Shown here one piece after another: positions 34,915 through 47,367 of a DNA stretch of 64,000 nucleotides (within the stretch, counting starts at the first letter, position 1; the number at the start of each line of letters is the position of its first letter). The notes under the pieces are model-generated. The model was not told the origin of the DNA. It ran no database searches and was given only the letters and a program-made list of their open reading frames with translations. Source of the DNA: Lachnospiraceae bacterium (GTDB lineage: Bacteria; Bacillota; Clostridia; Lachnospirales; Lachnospiraceae); assembly GCA_009774235.1 (NCBI GenBank), contig VSNJ01000001.1, forward strand, positions 3,872 through 67,871. The letters are read 5' to 3'. A program made the position numbers and the translations under genes.

Positions 34915-35307
34915 ATGAAAAAGGCAAAACAAATCCTGAAAGAAATGTTTGCTGGGCTGGTAGTATGGTTACTGCCAGTTTTGATTATATTAGTTATAGT
35001 AGCAAGACATAAGCTTGCCATGACAATGGGGGTATTGCTTGGTGGAGCAACAGCGGCAGGGCTTTTATTACACATGTACCATCATCTTGATATAGCACTT
35101 GACATGGATGTAAAACATGCACAGAGCCATATACAGTTTGCTGCTATAAGAAGGCTTTTCTTTATGGCACTTGTAATTGCAGTGTCTATGGTATGGCATA
35201 TGTATTTCCATCCTGTAGGTACTGTTTGTGGATTATTTGGCATGAAGATTTCCGCTTATTTGCAACCCGCAGTTCATAAGATAGTGGGGCGTATACAAAG
35301 GTGGTAG
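34915..35307 (+). CDS. atpI: ATP synthase protein I
   Basis: Four TM helices, directly upstream of atpB. Confidence 0.7.
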   Translation: MKKAKQILKEMFAGLVVWLLPVLIILVIVARHKLAMTMGVLLGGATAAGLLLHMYHHLDIALDMDVKHAQSHIQFAAIRRLFFMALVIAVSMVWHMYFHPVGTVCGLFGMKISAYLQPAVHKIVGRIQRW

Positions 35308-35370
35308 TGTTTTGACAATATATTAATATTGTTATTTCAATACAATCTTATAGAAAAGGAGGGTGAAAAT

Positions 35371-36141
35371 GTGGGAAATGGCGTCTTAGATTTGCCGCAG
35401 GTCTTTAGCAGGGTTTTTCTTGCTGACAGCGGTGAGCAGGTTGACTTCTTTATAAGAGGTTATTCAAATACAAAATTCTCATTCTTTGGATGGGATGTGT
35501 ATCTTACAACAACGCATATATCTATGATTATTGTTATTGCTGCTATACTTGTTTTTGCAGTATGTGCAAACCGTGCCATTAAGAATGCAGATCCTAACAA
35601 AGTACCAGGTCCGTTCCTGAATGTGGTTGAACTTATAGTTGAATCACTTGATGGAATGGTAAAAGGTACAATGGGACCTAAAAAGGCAATGGCTTTCAGA
35701 AACTATGTAAGTGCACTGTTTCTGTTTATACTTGCCTGTAACCTGTCAGGCTTGTTGGGATTAAGACCGCCAACAGCAGATTTTGGTGTAACATTTCCTC
35801 TTGCAGTTATTACATGGGTAATGATTCAGTACAATGGATTTAAGTACCAGGGAATGGGCAAGATAAAAGCTTTATTTGAGCCAATTTTCTTATTCTTCCC
35901 AATGAATCTTATTAGTGAATTTTCAACACCTGTGTCAATGTCACTCCGTTTATTTGGTAATATATTATCAGGAACGGTTATGATGGGGCTGCTTTATGGT
36001 TTGTTGCCAAGAGTTCTTACTCTTATATGGCCTGCCGCACTTCATGCATATCTGGATGTATTTTCTGGATGTATACAGGCATATGTATTCTGTATGTTGA
36101 CAATGAGTTTTGTTTCTGATGCAATAGGGGAAGATGCCTGA
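35371..36141 (+). CDS. atpB: ATP synthase subunit a
   Basis: PPTADF, SMSLRLFGNI, IQAYVF; GTG start after AGGAGG. Confidence 0.93.
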   Translation: MGNGVLDLPQVFSRVFLADSGEQVDFFIRGYSNTKFSFFGWDVYLTTTHISMIIVIAAILVFAVCANRAIKNADPNKVPGPFLNVVELIVESLDGMVKGTMGPKKAMAFRNYVSALFLFILACNLSGLLGLRPPTADFGVTFPLAVITWVMIQYNGFKYQGMGKIKALFEPIFLFFPMNLISEFSTPVSMSLRLFGNILSGTVMMGLLYGLLPRVLTLIWPAALHAYLDVFSGCIQAYVFCMLTMSFVSDAIGEDA

Positions 36142-36205
36142 GCGTAGTATATGTTAAAAATGTTCTGGTATCACAATGTATTTATTGGTTAAATGTTATT
36201 TTTAA

Positions 36206-36481
<276 letters not shown>

Positions 36482-36522
36482 TTTATGCAATTACCAGATT
36501 GCAGCAGAAAGGAGGCTGAAAA

Positions 36523-37080
36523 GTGAGTGGTGTGGTAAAAGTAGCTTTGTCGGGCAATGCACTTGGCGATTATATATTTGGTTTGGACCCACAGCTTCTT
36601 GTTGATGCGCTTATAACCATAATTGCGATGTTTGCATTATTCCTCTTACTTTCTTATCTGCTCTTTAACCCTGCACGCAATATGTTACAGAAAAGGCAGG
36701 ATTTTATAAAAGAACAGCTTGAAACAGCAGCTAAAGAAAAAGAGGATGCCATACAGTTTAAGTCAGAATATGATGCAAAACTTAAGGCAGTTGATAAGGA
36801 AGCTGAGGAAATCCTTAGCGAGACCCGTAAGAAGGCAATGAAAAAAGAAAGCGTCATTATTAATGAGGCAAAGGAAGAATCTGCAAGAATCCTTGAAAGG
36901 GCAAACCATGAGGTTGAACTTGAGAAATCTAAGGTAAAGGATGATGTGAAGCAGGAAATTATTGCTGTTGCATCCATTATGGCAGGTAAGATTGTTGCAT
37001 CTTCTTTAGATGATAAGAAACAGTCACAGTTAATTGCAGACACTTTAAAAGAGATGGGTGATGAAACATGGCTAAGTTAG
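36523..37080 (+). CDS. atpF: ATP synthase subunit b
   Basis: TM helix plus coiled coil; operon position. Confidence 0.92.
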   Translation: MSGVVKVALSGNALGDYIFGLDPQLLVDALITIIAMFALFLLLSYLLFNPARNMLQKRQDFIKEQLETAAKEKEDAIQFKSEYDAKLKAVDKEAEEILSETRKKAMKKESVIINEAKEESARILERANHEVELEKSKVKDDVKQEIIAVASIMAGKIVASSLDDKKQSQLIADTLKEMGDETWLS

Positions 37081-37619
37081 TATCAAAAACATACGGCGAT
37101 GCTTTGTTTGAAGTTGCCGTAGAACAGGGCACACTGGATACCATGCTTGAAGAAGTGGAAGCAGTTTTACAGGTGCTTAGGGATAACAAAGAATACATTA
37201 GTCTTCTTTCACACCCAAGAATTCCGGCTGAAGAGAAAAAGGTTATGGTAGAAAAGGCATTTAAAGGGAAAGTTTCCTCTGAACTTACTGGATTTATTAT
37301 AACCATTGTAGAAAAAGGCCGTTTTTCAGAAATAGAAGATATACTTTTATATTTTATGTCAAAAGTATGGGATGAAAAGAAGATTGGTGTTGCCTGTGTG
37401 ACATCTGCTGCTGCTTTGTCAGACACACAGAAGAAGGAAATAGAAGCAAAGCTTCTGAAAACTACTTCATATGTAAAGTTCCGTATGAGTTATTCTGTCA
37501 ATCCTGCTTTGATTGGCGGAATGGTTATACAGATAGGTGACAGGGTAGTAGACAGCAGTGTAAAAACAAAGCTGGAAAATATGGCTAAGGAGCTTAATAA
37601 AATCCAGCTGTCTAATTAA
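37068..37619 (+). CDS. atpH: ATP synthase subunit delta
   Basis: [24 protein letters not shown]. Confidence 0.93.
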   Translation: MAKLVSKTYGDALFEVAVEQGTLDTMLEEVEAVLQVLRDNKEYISLLSHPRIPAEEKKVMVEKAFKGKVSSELTGFIITIVEKGRFSEIEDILLYFMSKVWDEKKIGVACVTSAAALSDTQKKEIEAKLLKTTSYVKFRMSYSVNPALIGGMVIQIGDRVVDSSVKTKLENMAKELNKIQLSN

Positions 37620-37645
37620 AAATTGAAGGAAGGTGCAAGAGTAAC

Positions 37646-39160
37646 ATGAATTTAAGACCTGAGGAAATCAGTTCTGTAATTAAAGAACAGATTAAGAACT
37701 ATAGTACCAAGTTTGAAATTGCAGATACAGGTACTGTAATACAGGTTGCCGATGGTATTGCCCGTATTCATGGTCTGGCAAAGGCTATGCAAGGTGAGCT
37801 TCTTGAATTCCCAAATGAAGTTTATGGAATGGTGCTTAACCTTGAAGAAGACAATGTCGGCGCTGTGCTCTTAGGCGGCCATAAGAATATTAATGAAGGT
37901 GACATTGTAAAGACTACAGGAAAGGTTGTTGAGGTTCCTGTTGGAGATGCAATGCTTGGACGTGTAGTTAATGCTCTGGGACAGCCTATAGATGGAAAAG
38001 GACCTATTGAAAGTAAAAAGACAAGGCAGATTGAAAGAGTTGCATCAGGTGTTATTTCCAGAAAGTCAGTAGATACACCATTACAGACTGGTATTAAAGC
38101 TATTGACTCAATGGTTCCTATCGGAAGGGGACAGCGTGAGCTTATAATTGGTGACCGCCAGACAGGAAAAACAGCTATTGCGATTGATACAATTATTAAC
38201 CAGAAAACGGAGAATGTATATTGTATATATGTAGCTATAGGACAGAAGGCTTCAACTGTAGCATCTATTGTTAATAAACTTGAGGAATATGGTGCTATGG
38301 ATTATACAACTGTTGTAGCTTCTACAGCAAGTGAGCTTGCACCATTACAGTATATTGCACCATATTCAGGCTGTGCAATAGGTGAAGAATGGATGGAAGC
38401 TGGCAAGGATGTGCTTATAATCTATGATGACCTGACAAAGCATGCTGCTGCATACCGTACAATGGCACTGCTGCTTAAGCGTCCTCCTGGACGTGAAGCT
38501 TATCCTGGTGATGTATTCTATTTACATTCCAAACTTCTTGAAAGGGCAGCAAGGCTTAATGATAAGTTAGGCGGAGGTTCACTTACAGCGCTTCCTATTA
38601 TAGAAACACAGGCAGGTGATGTATCTGCATATATCCCTACTAATGTAATTTCTATAACAGATGGGCAGATTTATCTTGAAACTGAAATGTTTAATTCTGG
38701 TTTCCGTCCTGCTATTAATGCGGGCTTGTCAGTATCCAGGGTTGGTGGCTCTGCGCAGATTAAAGCTATGAAGAAGATTTCTGGCCCAATACGTATTGAG
38801 CTTGCACAGTTCAGGGAACTGGCTGCTTTCTCACAGTTCAGTTCAGACCTTGACCCTGAAACTAAGGCACAGCTTGCACAGGGTGAAAGAATACGTGAAA
38901 TATTAAAACAGGACCAGTATAATCCTATGCCAGTAGAGAATGAGGTAATGATTATATATGCTGCTACTAAGAAGTATCTTATTGATGTAGAAGTAGAAGA
39001 TATACTTGAGTTTGAGAAAGGTCTTTTTGAGTATATTGATACAAAGTATCCAGAAGTGCCAGAGTCAATACGTACAGATGGTGAAATCAAGGAAGATACA
39101 GAGAAGAAGCTGGTTAAAGGAATAGAGGAATTTAAGGCGGATTTCATTAAGAATAGATAG
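37646..39160 (+). CDS. atpA: ATP synthase subunit alpha
   Basis: [24 protein letters not shown]. Confidence 0.97.
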   Translation: MNLRPEEISSVIKEQIKNYSTKFEIADTGTVIQVADGIARIHGLAKAMQGELLEFPNEVYGMVLNLEEDNVGAVLLGGHKNINEGDIVKTTGKVVEVPVGDAMLGRVVNALGQPIDGKGPIESKKTRQIERVASGVISRKSVDTPLQTGIKAIDSMVPIGRGQRELIIGDRQTGKTAIAIDTIINQKTENVYCIYVAIGQKASTVASIVNKLEEYGAMDYTTVVASTASELAPLQYIAPYSGCAIGEEWMEAGKDVLIIYDDLTKHAAAYRTMALLLKRPPGREAYPGDVFYLHSKLLERAARLNDKLGGGSLTALPIIETQAGDVSAYIPTNVISITDGQIYLETEMFNSGFRPAINAGLSVSRVGGSAQIKAMKKISGPIRIELAQFRELAAFSQFSSDLDPETKAQLAQGERIREILKQDQYNPMPVENEVMIIYAATKKYLIDVEVEDILEFEKGLFEYIDTKYPEVPESIRTDGEIKEDTEKKLVKGIEEFKADFIKNR

Positions 39161-39174
39161 AGAGGTGTTATGAT

Positions 39175-40056
39175 ATGGCCTCAATGAGAGATATTAAAAG
39201 GCGTAAAGAGAGTGTCCAGAGTACAGGACAGATTACGAAAGCTATGAAGCTTGTATCCTCTGTAAAGCTGCAGAAAGCTAAAGTAGGTGCAGAAGTGTCA
39301 AAACCTTATTTTGATACAATGTATGAAACTGTAGCAGATATGATTGCCAAATCGGCACAGATGTCACATCCGTTTCTCCAGAAAAGCCAGTCTGAGAAGA
39401 AGGCAGTAATAACTATAACTTCAAACAGAGGTCTGGCTGGAGGATATAATTCCAATATAGTGAAACTGGTTTCTAAGGATGAGCGTTTTAATAAGGATGA
39501 TACGGTTATTTATGCTGTAGGGACAAAAGGACGTGACTCCCTTTCAAGGCAGGGCTATGATATAGCAGGTGATTATTCCGAAGCAATTAATGAACCGCTT
39601 TATAGTGATGCAATGGAGATTGGCAAGGAGCTTTTAAGTAAGTTTACAAGTGGTGAAATTGGAGAAATATATCTTGCATATACAATATTTAAAAATACAG
39701 TAGTGCAGATACCTACAATGATTAAGCTGCTTCCTATTGATGCAGAAGATATAGTATCAGAGCAGGAGGAAGAGCCTGAAAGCCCACTTGACAAGATAAC
39801 ACTTATGAATTATGAGCCTGAACCTGAGGAAGCACTTGATGCTATTATTCCTAAATATGTAAACAGCCTTATATATGGAGGTCTGGTAGAATCACATGCA
39901 AGTGAGAATGGTGCCCGTATGCAGGCGATGGATTCTGCAACAAGCAATGCAGAAGATATGATTAGTGATTTATCACTTAAGTATAACAGGGCAAGACAGG
40001 CTTCTATTACACAGGAGCTTACAGAAATTATAGCAGGTGCATCAGCTATTTCATAG
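39175..40056 (+). CDS. atpG: ATP synthase subunit gamma
   Basis: ITKAMKLVS, YNRARQASITQELTEI. Confidence 0.96.
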   Translation: MASMRDIKRRKESVQSTGQITKAMKLVSSVKLQKAKVGAEVSKPYFDTMYETVADMIAKSAQMSHPFLQKSQSEKKAVITITSNRGLAGGYNSNIVKLVSKDERFNKDDTVIYAVGTKGRDSLSRQGYDIAGDYSEAINEPLYSDAMEIGKELLSKFTSGEIGEIYLAYTIFKNTVVQIPTMIKLLPIDAEDIVSEQEEEPESPLDKITLMNYEPEPEEALDAIIPKYVNSLIYGGLVESHASENGARMQAMDSATSNAEDMISDLSLKYNRARQASITQELTEIIAGASAIS

Positions 40057-40108
40057 TAGTATATTAGTATCTGGTATGTATAATAATAGTTTAATTCCTT
40101 GTTTTTAA

Positions 40109-41545
<1,437 letters not shown>

Positions 41546-41559
41546 AAAGGAGATACAAT

Positions 41560-41970
41560 ATGGCGGACAAAACGTTCAACTTACAAATTATCTCCCCTAC
41601 ACGTGTCTTCTTTGATGGTGACGCAGAAATGGCAGAAATGAAAACTACAGAGGGCGAGATTGGTGTACTGGCGGGCCACATTCCTCTTACAGCAATACTT
41701 ACACCTGGCATACTGCGTATTAAGCAGGCAGATGGCAATAAGGAAGCTGCACTTCATGATGGTTTTGTTAAAATTACAAAAAGCAAGGTAACTATTCTTG
41801 CAGAGTCATGTGAATGGCCAGATGAAATAGATGTAAACCGGGCCGAAGAGGCAAAGCTGCGTGCAGAACGCCGCTTAAAGAGTGGTGAGAAATCTGTAGA
41901 TATGATGCGTGCAGAACTTGCACTGAAAAAGGCACTTACAAGAATTGATATCGCAACAAAGTATAAATAA
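41560..41970 (+). CDS. atpC: ATP synthase subunit epsilon
   Basis: GEIGVLAGH, EIDVNRA. Confidence 0.95.
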   Translation: MADKTFNLQIISPTRVFFDGDAEMAEMKTTEGEIGVLAGHIPLTAILTPGILRIKQADGNKEAALHDGFVKITKSKVTILAESCEWPDEIDVNRAEEAKLRAERRLKSGEKSVDMMRAELALKKALTRIDIATKYK

Positions 41971-41993
41971 AAATGATAAGATAAAATAATTAA

Positions 41994-42090
41994 AACAGCC
42001 AGAAGCATATTGTCAATGCTGCTGGCTGTTATTTAATTATAAATGTTTTATGCCAATACCATATATAACTCTATAGTACTGGCATAAAAA
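41994..42090. terminator. Two hairpins between convergent atpC and hypothetical gene
   Basis: AACAGCCAG..CTGGCTGTT and TTTATGCCA..TGGCATAAA. Confidence 0.6.
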
Positions 42091-42115
42091 TTAAAATTTT
42101 TAACTTTAATTTTGT

Positions 42116-42745
42116 TTAAGATAAATAATCTGCATAATCCTGTGCTGTTGTCTTGCCTGTTTTCCAGTCTTCCATCTTCTGCTTTGTTGCATCAAGTGTC
42201 TGCTCACAAATTGCAGGAAGCTTTTTGCCCCATGCTGCAGTAGCTTTGTCATAACCTTTCTGGATAGCAGCCATCATCTCATCTGCCTTATCTGTGTCAC
42301 CTCCAGCTAATGCTATTGCCATGCTTACAAGCCTGTCTGAAGTTTTATTTACACCCCAGTAACCATCTTCAGAAATATCTTCCTGTGCCTGCTTAATTGT
42401 TGCTGGGTCAGCATTTTTAGCAGCCTGGCCAAAGATAGTTGAAAGATTTGAATTAGCAGTGTTAAACTTATCTGTCTGCTTTGCAAGTAACTTCTCTACA
42501 AGGCTTCTCATTGAGTCCGCACGTGACTGCTGGTCTGCTTTCAGTTTTGAAATAACAGAATTTCTGTTGTAAATCTTGTTAGCGCTGTCTTTGTTCTTGT
42601 TAGTGCCCTTTTCATATACAACTTCTTTGTTTTCAGCGCTATTTTCAGCTGCTTTCTTTTCAGCAGCAGTGTCTTTCTTTTCAGCTGTCTTAGCAGCAGT
42701 AGTTTCATATGCCTGTGTTGTTGCTGATACTGATGATACGCTCAT
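42116..42745 (-). CDS. Hypothetical protein, probably in the flagellar sigma regulon
   Basis: AAGGAGG RBS; ISEDGYWGVNKTSDRL motif; sigmaD-like promoter upstream. Confidence 0.8.
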   Translation of the reverse strand: MSVSSVSATTQAYETTAAKTAEKKDTAAEKKAAENSAENKEVVYEKGTNKNKDSANKIYNRNSVISKLKADQQSRADSMRSLVEKLLAKQTDKFNTANSNLSTIFGQAAKNADPATIKQAQEDISEDGYWGVNKTSDRLVSMAIALAGGDTDKADEMMAAIQKGYDKATAAWGKKLPAICEQTLDATKQKMEDWKTGKTTAQDYADYLS

Positions 42746-42845
42746 AGTTAGACCTCCTTTTTTATGCTATTACATCCAGCTATATGGATGCGGTTGTTTG
42801 CTTCTAATAATCTATGTACGGAATGATTATTATTGTGTATTATCT

Positions 42846-42873
42846 ATATCGGTTTTAATACTTAATATATTTA
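42846..42873 (-). promoter_or_regulatory. sigmaD/FliA-type promoter
   Basis: TAAA-N16-ACCGATAT versus consensus TAAA-N14-16-GCCGATAT. Confidence 0.6.
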
Positions 42874-42940
42874 GCTGTTTTAAGGAAAAAATATCCATGG
42901 ATAAAATCTTAATAAAAATTTAATATTTATTACATAACTT

Positions 42941-44374
42941 CTATTTCTGGCTGTTTTTCTTTATTTTGCTGTTGTCAAGTATAGTAATATTTTTGTATCC
43001 AATTTGTTTAAATGTGTTACCTGAAACTTTATTCACAGTTGAGTTTTCACGTACACATAAACCACTAACTTTGGCATTAGTAATTTTATTATTATTTATA
43101 CTTCCATTAACTTTTGCAGCTTTATTAATACATATGCCATCTTCTTTTACATTTGTAATAATATTATTGGTGATATTATTGGCAACTGCACCAACACGCA
43201 TGTAAATTCCATGTAGATTTGATTTTGTAATTGTATTGTCACATATATTTCCATATACTCTTGAATGTGAATCTAAATAAATTCCAACTTGTGCACCAAA
43301 TCTTCCACCTTTTTGGATTTCTTTTTTCCAGTCTTTGCTATGTTTATATGTACCAATATTGTAAAGTGTATTTCCTTTTATGTCTTTTTTAATATATGCT
43401 TTATCCTGGTTGGCTTTACTGTTATCATTGCCGCTAGGTCCGGCATAAAGCTTAATTCCAGAATATGTAACATTTTTAATAGTATTATTAGTAATGCTTT
43501 TAACATAAGTTGGATATGCTTTTTTTCCAGAGCCTTCATCAGCATTTATCATAATGCCACAGTCGCCATTACCACCATTATTTGCCCCTCCTATGTCATC
43601 CATATTATTGCTGTCAATGGCATTGACATGAGAACCATGGTAAATACCAATGCCATGCCCTTTTACACTTTTAATAGTATTATTAGTAATATCACCATTG
43701 ATTGGAGTGCCGCCAGCGTATATAGCCGTTTTTTGGCAGTTTTTAATTGTATTGCCAGATATATTGCCTTTTAATGTTGAATTATACAAATATAATGCAA
43801 TATCTGATGATTTTGTAATTGTATTTTTTTCAATATTGCCATCAAATTCTGCTCCCATAAAAGCGATTGAGAATTTTTTTGAGTTTGTAACAGTATTTAC
43901 TTTAATAGAGCCCTGTTTATTAACACCTTTAACAAGGATACCACATTCAGAGGGATTATTGACAGTTACATTTTCTATTGTAATATTTTCTGAATCTTTA
44001 ACAAATATACCAGCACCTTGGAAAGTTCCTCCATTAATAGCAGAATTTTCAGTTCCAGAGGTTATGCGTATTGCATAGTTATCTGATATGCCATCACATG
44101 AGATTTTTGTGCCAGGTTCAAAATTAAGAGTTGTATAACTTGGTATATTAATTTCTTCATTAAGCTCATAATTACCTGTTTGTACCGATATTGTATATGG
44201 GTTTGTTTTAGAAGCATTATCTTCCGCTTCAGATAATGCTTCCCCAATATTTTCAATATCTGTGATTTTAATTTCTTCTGCCATTGATTTGCGGCTTGCT
44301 GTGTTTAGTGAAAAAAAAGTAATAGTACATAGAATAAATAGTTTAGATAGCTTGGCTGTAGATGTTCTTTTCAT
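42941..44374 (-). CDS. Secreted right-handed parallel beta-helix protein
   Basis: Signal peptide; repeated I-x-x-N-T-I..GI units. Confidence 0.8.
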   Translation of the reverse strand: MKRTSTAKLSKLFILCTITFFSLNTASRKSMAEEIKITDIENIGEALSEAEDNASKTNPYTISVQTGNYELNEEINIPSYTTLNFEPGTKISCDGISDNYAIRITSGTENSAINGGTFQGAGIFVKDSENITIENVTVNNPSECGILVKGVNKQGSIKVNTVTNSKKFSIAFMGAEFDGNIEKNTITKSSDIALYLYNSTLKGNISGNTIKNCQKTAIYAGGTPINGDITNNTIKSVKGHGIGIYHGSHVNAIDSNNMDDIGGANNGGNGDCGIMINADEGSGKKAYPTYVKSITNNTIKNVTYSGIKLYAGPSGNDNSKANQDKAYIKKDIKGNTLYNIGTYKHSKDWKKEIQKGGRFGAQVGIYLDSHSRVYGNICDNTITKSNLHGIYMRVGAVANNITNNIITNVKEDGICINKAAKVNGSINNNKITNAKVSGLCVRENSTVNKVSGNTFKQIGYKNITILDNSKIKKNSQK

Positions 44375-44476
44375 TTAAAAATACCTCCATATATTAGTCT
44401 GGATAAAATTCTAACATGAATATAAAGTAAAATCAATAAATATAAAAGAACATTATATTAAAGCCGTTTGATTTAA

Positions 44477-44505
44477 TTGACACTATAGTATGCCATTAAT
44501 ATAAT
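44477..44505 (+). promoter_or_regulatory. Perfect-consensus sigmaA promoter
   Basis: TTGACA-17-TATAAT. Confidence 0.75.
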
Positions 44506-44553
44506 AAAAGTGTACAAAAAGGTAAAAAATTTATTTTAATTAAGGGGAACATA

Positions 44554-44697
44554 ATGTTTAATTATATTTATCCAGTAATTGCCAGCCAGGCATGTTATCC
44601 GTTTTATTTATCTGGTATAGGAATTGCATCACCAGAGTACCATGTTATAAGGGAAGAGGGGCTGGTTTCACACCAGATATTATTTACTATGTTATAA
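44554..44697 (+). pseudogene. Truncated AraC-family regulator N-terminus (47 aa)
   Basis: MFNYIYPVIASQACYPFYLSGIGIASPEYHVIREEGLVSHQILFTML*; resembles start of AraC cupin domains; AAGGGG RBS. Confidence 0.5.
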
Positions 44698-44848
44698 TAA
44701 TTATATTCCAGATGTTATTTGTATTAAAAAGTACAGAATATGGAATATGTTATATTTATTCTTGTGAATACAAAGTGAGAATGATATAAGTATACTTGCA
44801 TCATATGGACAGATACATCTATGGGGCATACAAGCTAAAGAAACCAGG

Positions 44849-45775
44849 TTATGCCCTGTTGTCATGCTGAGGGGTATCTGGCTGTACTGTGTGGCATAAT
44901 ATAATATCAGCATTATTATATTTTTCTTTTGCCTTTTTGTATACAGCACTTGCTTTTTCTTTATTTTCAAATATTCCAAATACTGTTGGCCCGCTTCCGC
45001 TCATAAGTGAACCTGCTGCCCCGTTATCTGTTAGAAATGTTTTAATTTCACTGATTAAAGGATATTCTTTAATAGTAACTGTTTCAAGTACATTTGAGAG
45101 GCAGGAAGCTATTCCTTTAATATTTTTAATATTTATTGCATTAACCATGCCATCTATGTCAGGATGGTATTTAAGCCCAGGGAGGTCCAGGTGTGTATAT
45201 ACATAAGCTGTGCTTACAGATATGCAAGGTTTAACAAGTACAAGCCATATTTCAGGCAGAGGGGATAAAGGAGTAAGTATCTCCCCAATTCCTTCACAAA
45301 GTACAGTTCCTTTTTTAATACAAAAAGGAACATCTGCACCAAGAGTAACACCAATCTTGCATAGTTCTTCTTCTGATAATCCAAGACAGCATAATTTATT
45401 GATGCCTTCAAGGGTAGCTGCACAATCGGAACTTCCTCCTGCAAGTCCAGCAGCAGCAGGGATATTTTTATCCAGGTGTATAGCAAAACATGTTTTTATA
45501 TTAAACTTTTCTTTCATAAGCATAGCAGCTTTGTATACAAGGTTTTTGCTTGCAGGGATTTTATCAGGGAGTTCCTTATTCATTGTAAAGTTTACAGGAT
45601 TATGGCTGCCAGTACCTGTTATGGCAGATATAGTAATAGTATCATATACACTTATAGTCTGCATAACCATTTTCAGTGTATGGTATCCGTTACCAAGTTG
45701 TCCTGTTACATCAAGTGAAAGGTTTATTTTAGCAGGAGTATTTATATTAATTGTGTTATCTGGTATAATATCCAT
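44849..45775 (-). CDS. ispE: 4-diphosphocytidyl-2-C-methyl-D-erythritol kinase
   Basis: PAKINLSL, PAAAGLAGGSSD, GADVPFC, MSGSGPTVFG. Confidence 0.95.
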   Translation of the reverse strand: MDIIPDNTININTPAKINLSLDVTGQLGNGYHTLKMVMQTISVYDTITISAITGTGSHNPVNFTMNKELPDKIPASKNLVYKAAMLMKEKFNIKTCFAIHLDKNIPAAAGLAGGSSDCAATLEGINKLCCLGLSEEELCKIGVTLGADVPFCIKKGTVLCEGIGEILTPLSPLPEIWLVLVKPCISVSTAYVYTHLDLPGLKYHPDIDGMVNAINIKNIKGIASCLSNVLETVTIKEYPLISEIKTFLTDNGAAGSLMSGSGPTVFGIFENKEKASAVYKKAKEKYNNADIILCHTVQPDTPQHDNRA

Positions 45776-45964
45776 AATCAGCCTCCATATAGTCCAATAA
45801 TTTTTATAGTACCATAATACCATTTTATTTAAAAAAAGTAAAAAATTCTTGGAGATTTTTTTGGCTGTTCGTGTTATACTTATAAGAGCTGGGATAAAAA
45901 TTTGTTTATTAGCGGAAGAAACCAGCTACAAACTGAATAATGATTAGAGGATTATATATAGATT

Positions 45965-47338
45965 ATGCAAGATAAACAGGACAATGAAAATACAGAAAAA
46001 AGCAGGAATTATATTAAATACGCATTTATAGTGCTTATATGCCTGGTAGTTATACTGGTTTTTCTTATTGCCAGCCAGCCTCCAGGAATTGGCAGTACAG
46101 ATACTAGTGTATCTTCTGGCACAATGGACAGCTCCGGGGAATATTATAATAATAATGATGATGAACCTGGAGAAGAAAATATGGAAAATATAGATAACTT
46201 TAGTACGAGTATACCACTTATTAAGGTAAACACTGACCCAGCCAGCTATACTGTCCTTGTAAACAGGGAATATCCTATGCCTGGGGATTATGTCCCTGAT
46301 GATTTAATGATTCCTAAGGCTGCTTATAGTTATGAAGGTATTTATGAAAAGAGTTATATGCGTAAAGTAGCAGCAAAAGCTATTGAAAAGATGTTTGCTG
46401 AAGCAAAGAAAAGTAAAAAGTATGAATTTAAGATAGTATCTGCTTACAGGTCATATACAAGGCAGAAAGCTATTTATGAAAATAATGTTAATACACGTGG
46501 TTCTGAAAAGACAAATAAAGTGTCAGCCCAGCCAGGATGCAGTGAGCACCAGACAGGACTGGCAATTGATGTGTCATGTGAAACAGTAAATTGTGCTATA
46601 GACAAGACATTTGCTTCATGTCCAGAAGGAAAATGGCTTGCAAAGAACTGCCATAAATTTGGTTTTATTATAAGGTATCCAAAAGGAAAATCTGATATTA
46701 CAGGGTATTCATATGAGCCATGGCATATAAGGTATGTAGGTGTGAACCTTGCAAAATACCTTAATAAGAAAGGTCTTACTTTAGAAGAATATTATATGGT
46801 TACTACTGTTGATGATAAAGTTCCAGAAGATGAGTATATTAAGGATACAGATATTGATGCACCAAAGGAGCCGCAGATGACAGCAGCACCTACACCAGCT
46901 ACTACTGCATATGCTGCCCAAAGTGCTATCCCCGTACCAGAGCCTACAGATACTCCAGTACCAACATCCAGGCCAGCAAGGACAAAAGAACCTGTAAGAA
47001 CAAAGGAACCAGTTAATACTAAGAAGCCAGAAGATACAAAAGAGCCAGAAGATACAAAAGAACCAGAAGACACGAAAGAACCAGCAAAAACGAAAGAACC
47101 AGCAAAAACGAAGGAGCCAGTTAAAACACCAAAGCCTTCAAAATCTCCAGTGCCAGTAAAAACAAAAGAACCAGTAAAGACACCTTTGCCATCAGATGAG
47201 CCTGGTATAACAGAGCCTCCTTCTGAAACAGAACCTCCACAAGAGGATACACCAGAACCTTCTGAAACAGAGCAGGCAGCAGAGGATGGACAGTTGGAAG
47301 AACCGCCTGTACCAGGTGGTTCTGGTGAAATGGAGTAG
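45965..47338 (+). CDS. Membrane-anchored M15B D,D/L,D-carboxypeptidase (VanY-like) with Pro/Thr/Lys/Glu-rich tail
   Basis: SAYRSY, SEHQTGLAID, YEPWHIRYVG. Confidence 0.9.
   Translation: MQDKQDNENTEKSRNYIKYAFIVLICLVVILVFLIASQPPGIGSTDTSVSSGTMDSSGEYYNNNDDEPGEENMENIDNFSTSIPLIKVNTDPASYTVLVNREYPMPGDYVPDDLMIPKAAYSYEGIYEKSYMRKVAAKAIEKMFAEAKKSKKYEFKIVSAYRSYTRQKAIYENNVNTRGSEKTNKVSAQPGCSEHQTGLAIDVSCETVNCAIDKTFASCPEGKWLAKNCHKFGFIIRYPKGKSDITGYSYEPWHIRYVGVNLAKYLNKKGLTLEEYYMVTTVDDKVPEDEYIKDTDIDAPKEPQMTAAPTPATTAYAAQSAIPVPEPTDTPVPTSRPARTKEPVRTKEPVNTKKPEDTKEPEDTKEPEDTKEPAKTKEPAKTKEPVKTPKPSKSPVPVKTKEPVKTPLPSDEPGITEPPSETEPPQEDTPEPSETEQAAEDGQLEEPPVPGGSGEME
46979..47176 (+). repeat. Eleven degenerate 18-bp in-frame tandem repeats (xTKEPx)
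   Basis: RTKEPV RTKEPV NTKKPE DTKEPE DTKEPE DTKEPA KTKEPA KTKEPV... Confidence 0.85.
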
Positions 47339-47367
47339 AATAAAAGGAAAAGGAGAAATAATTACTT

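Noticed and set aside
46979..47176. Tandem repeats as a CRISPR array
   Set aside because: In-frame degenerate 18-bp coding repeats, no unique spacers, no cas genes
45965..47338. vanY vancomycin resistance gene
   Set aside because: No van cluster; housekeeping M15B peptidase is more likely
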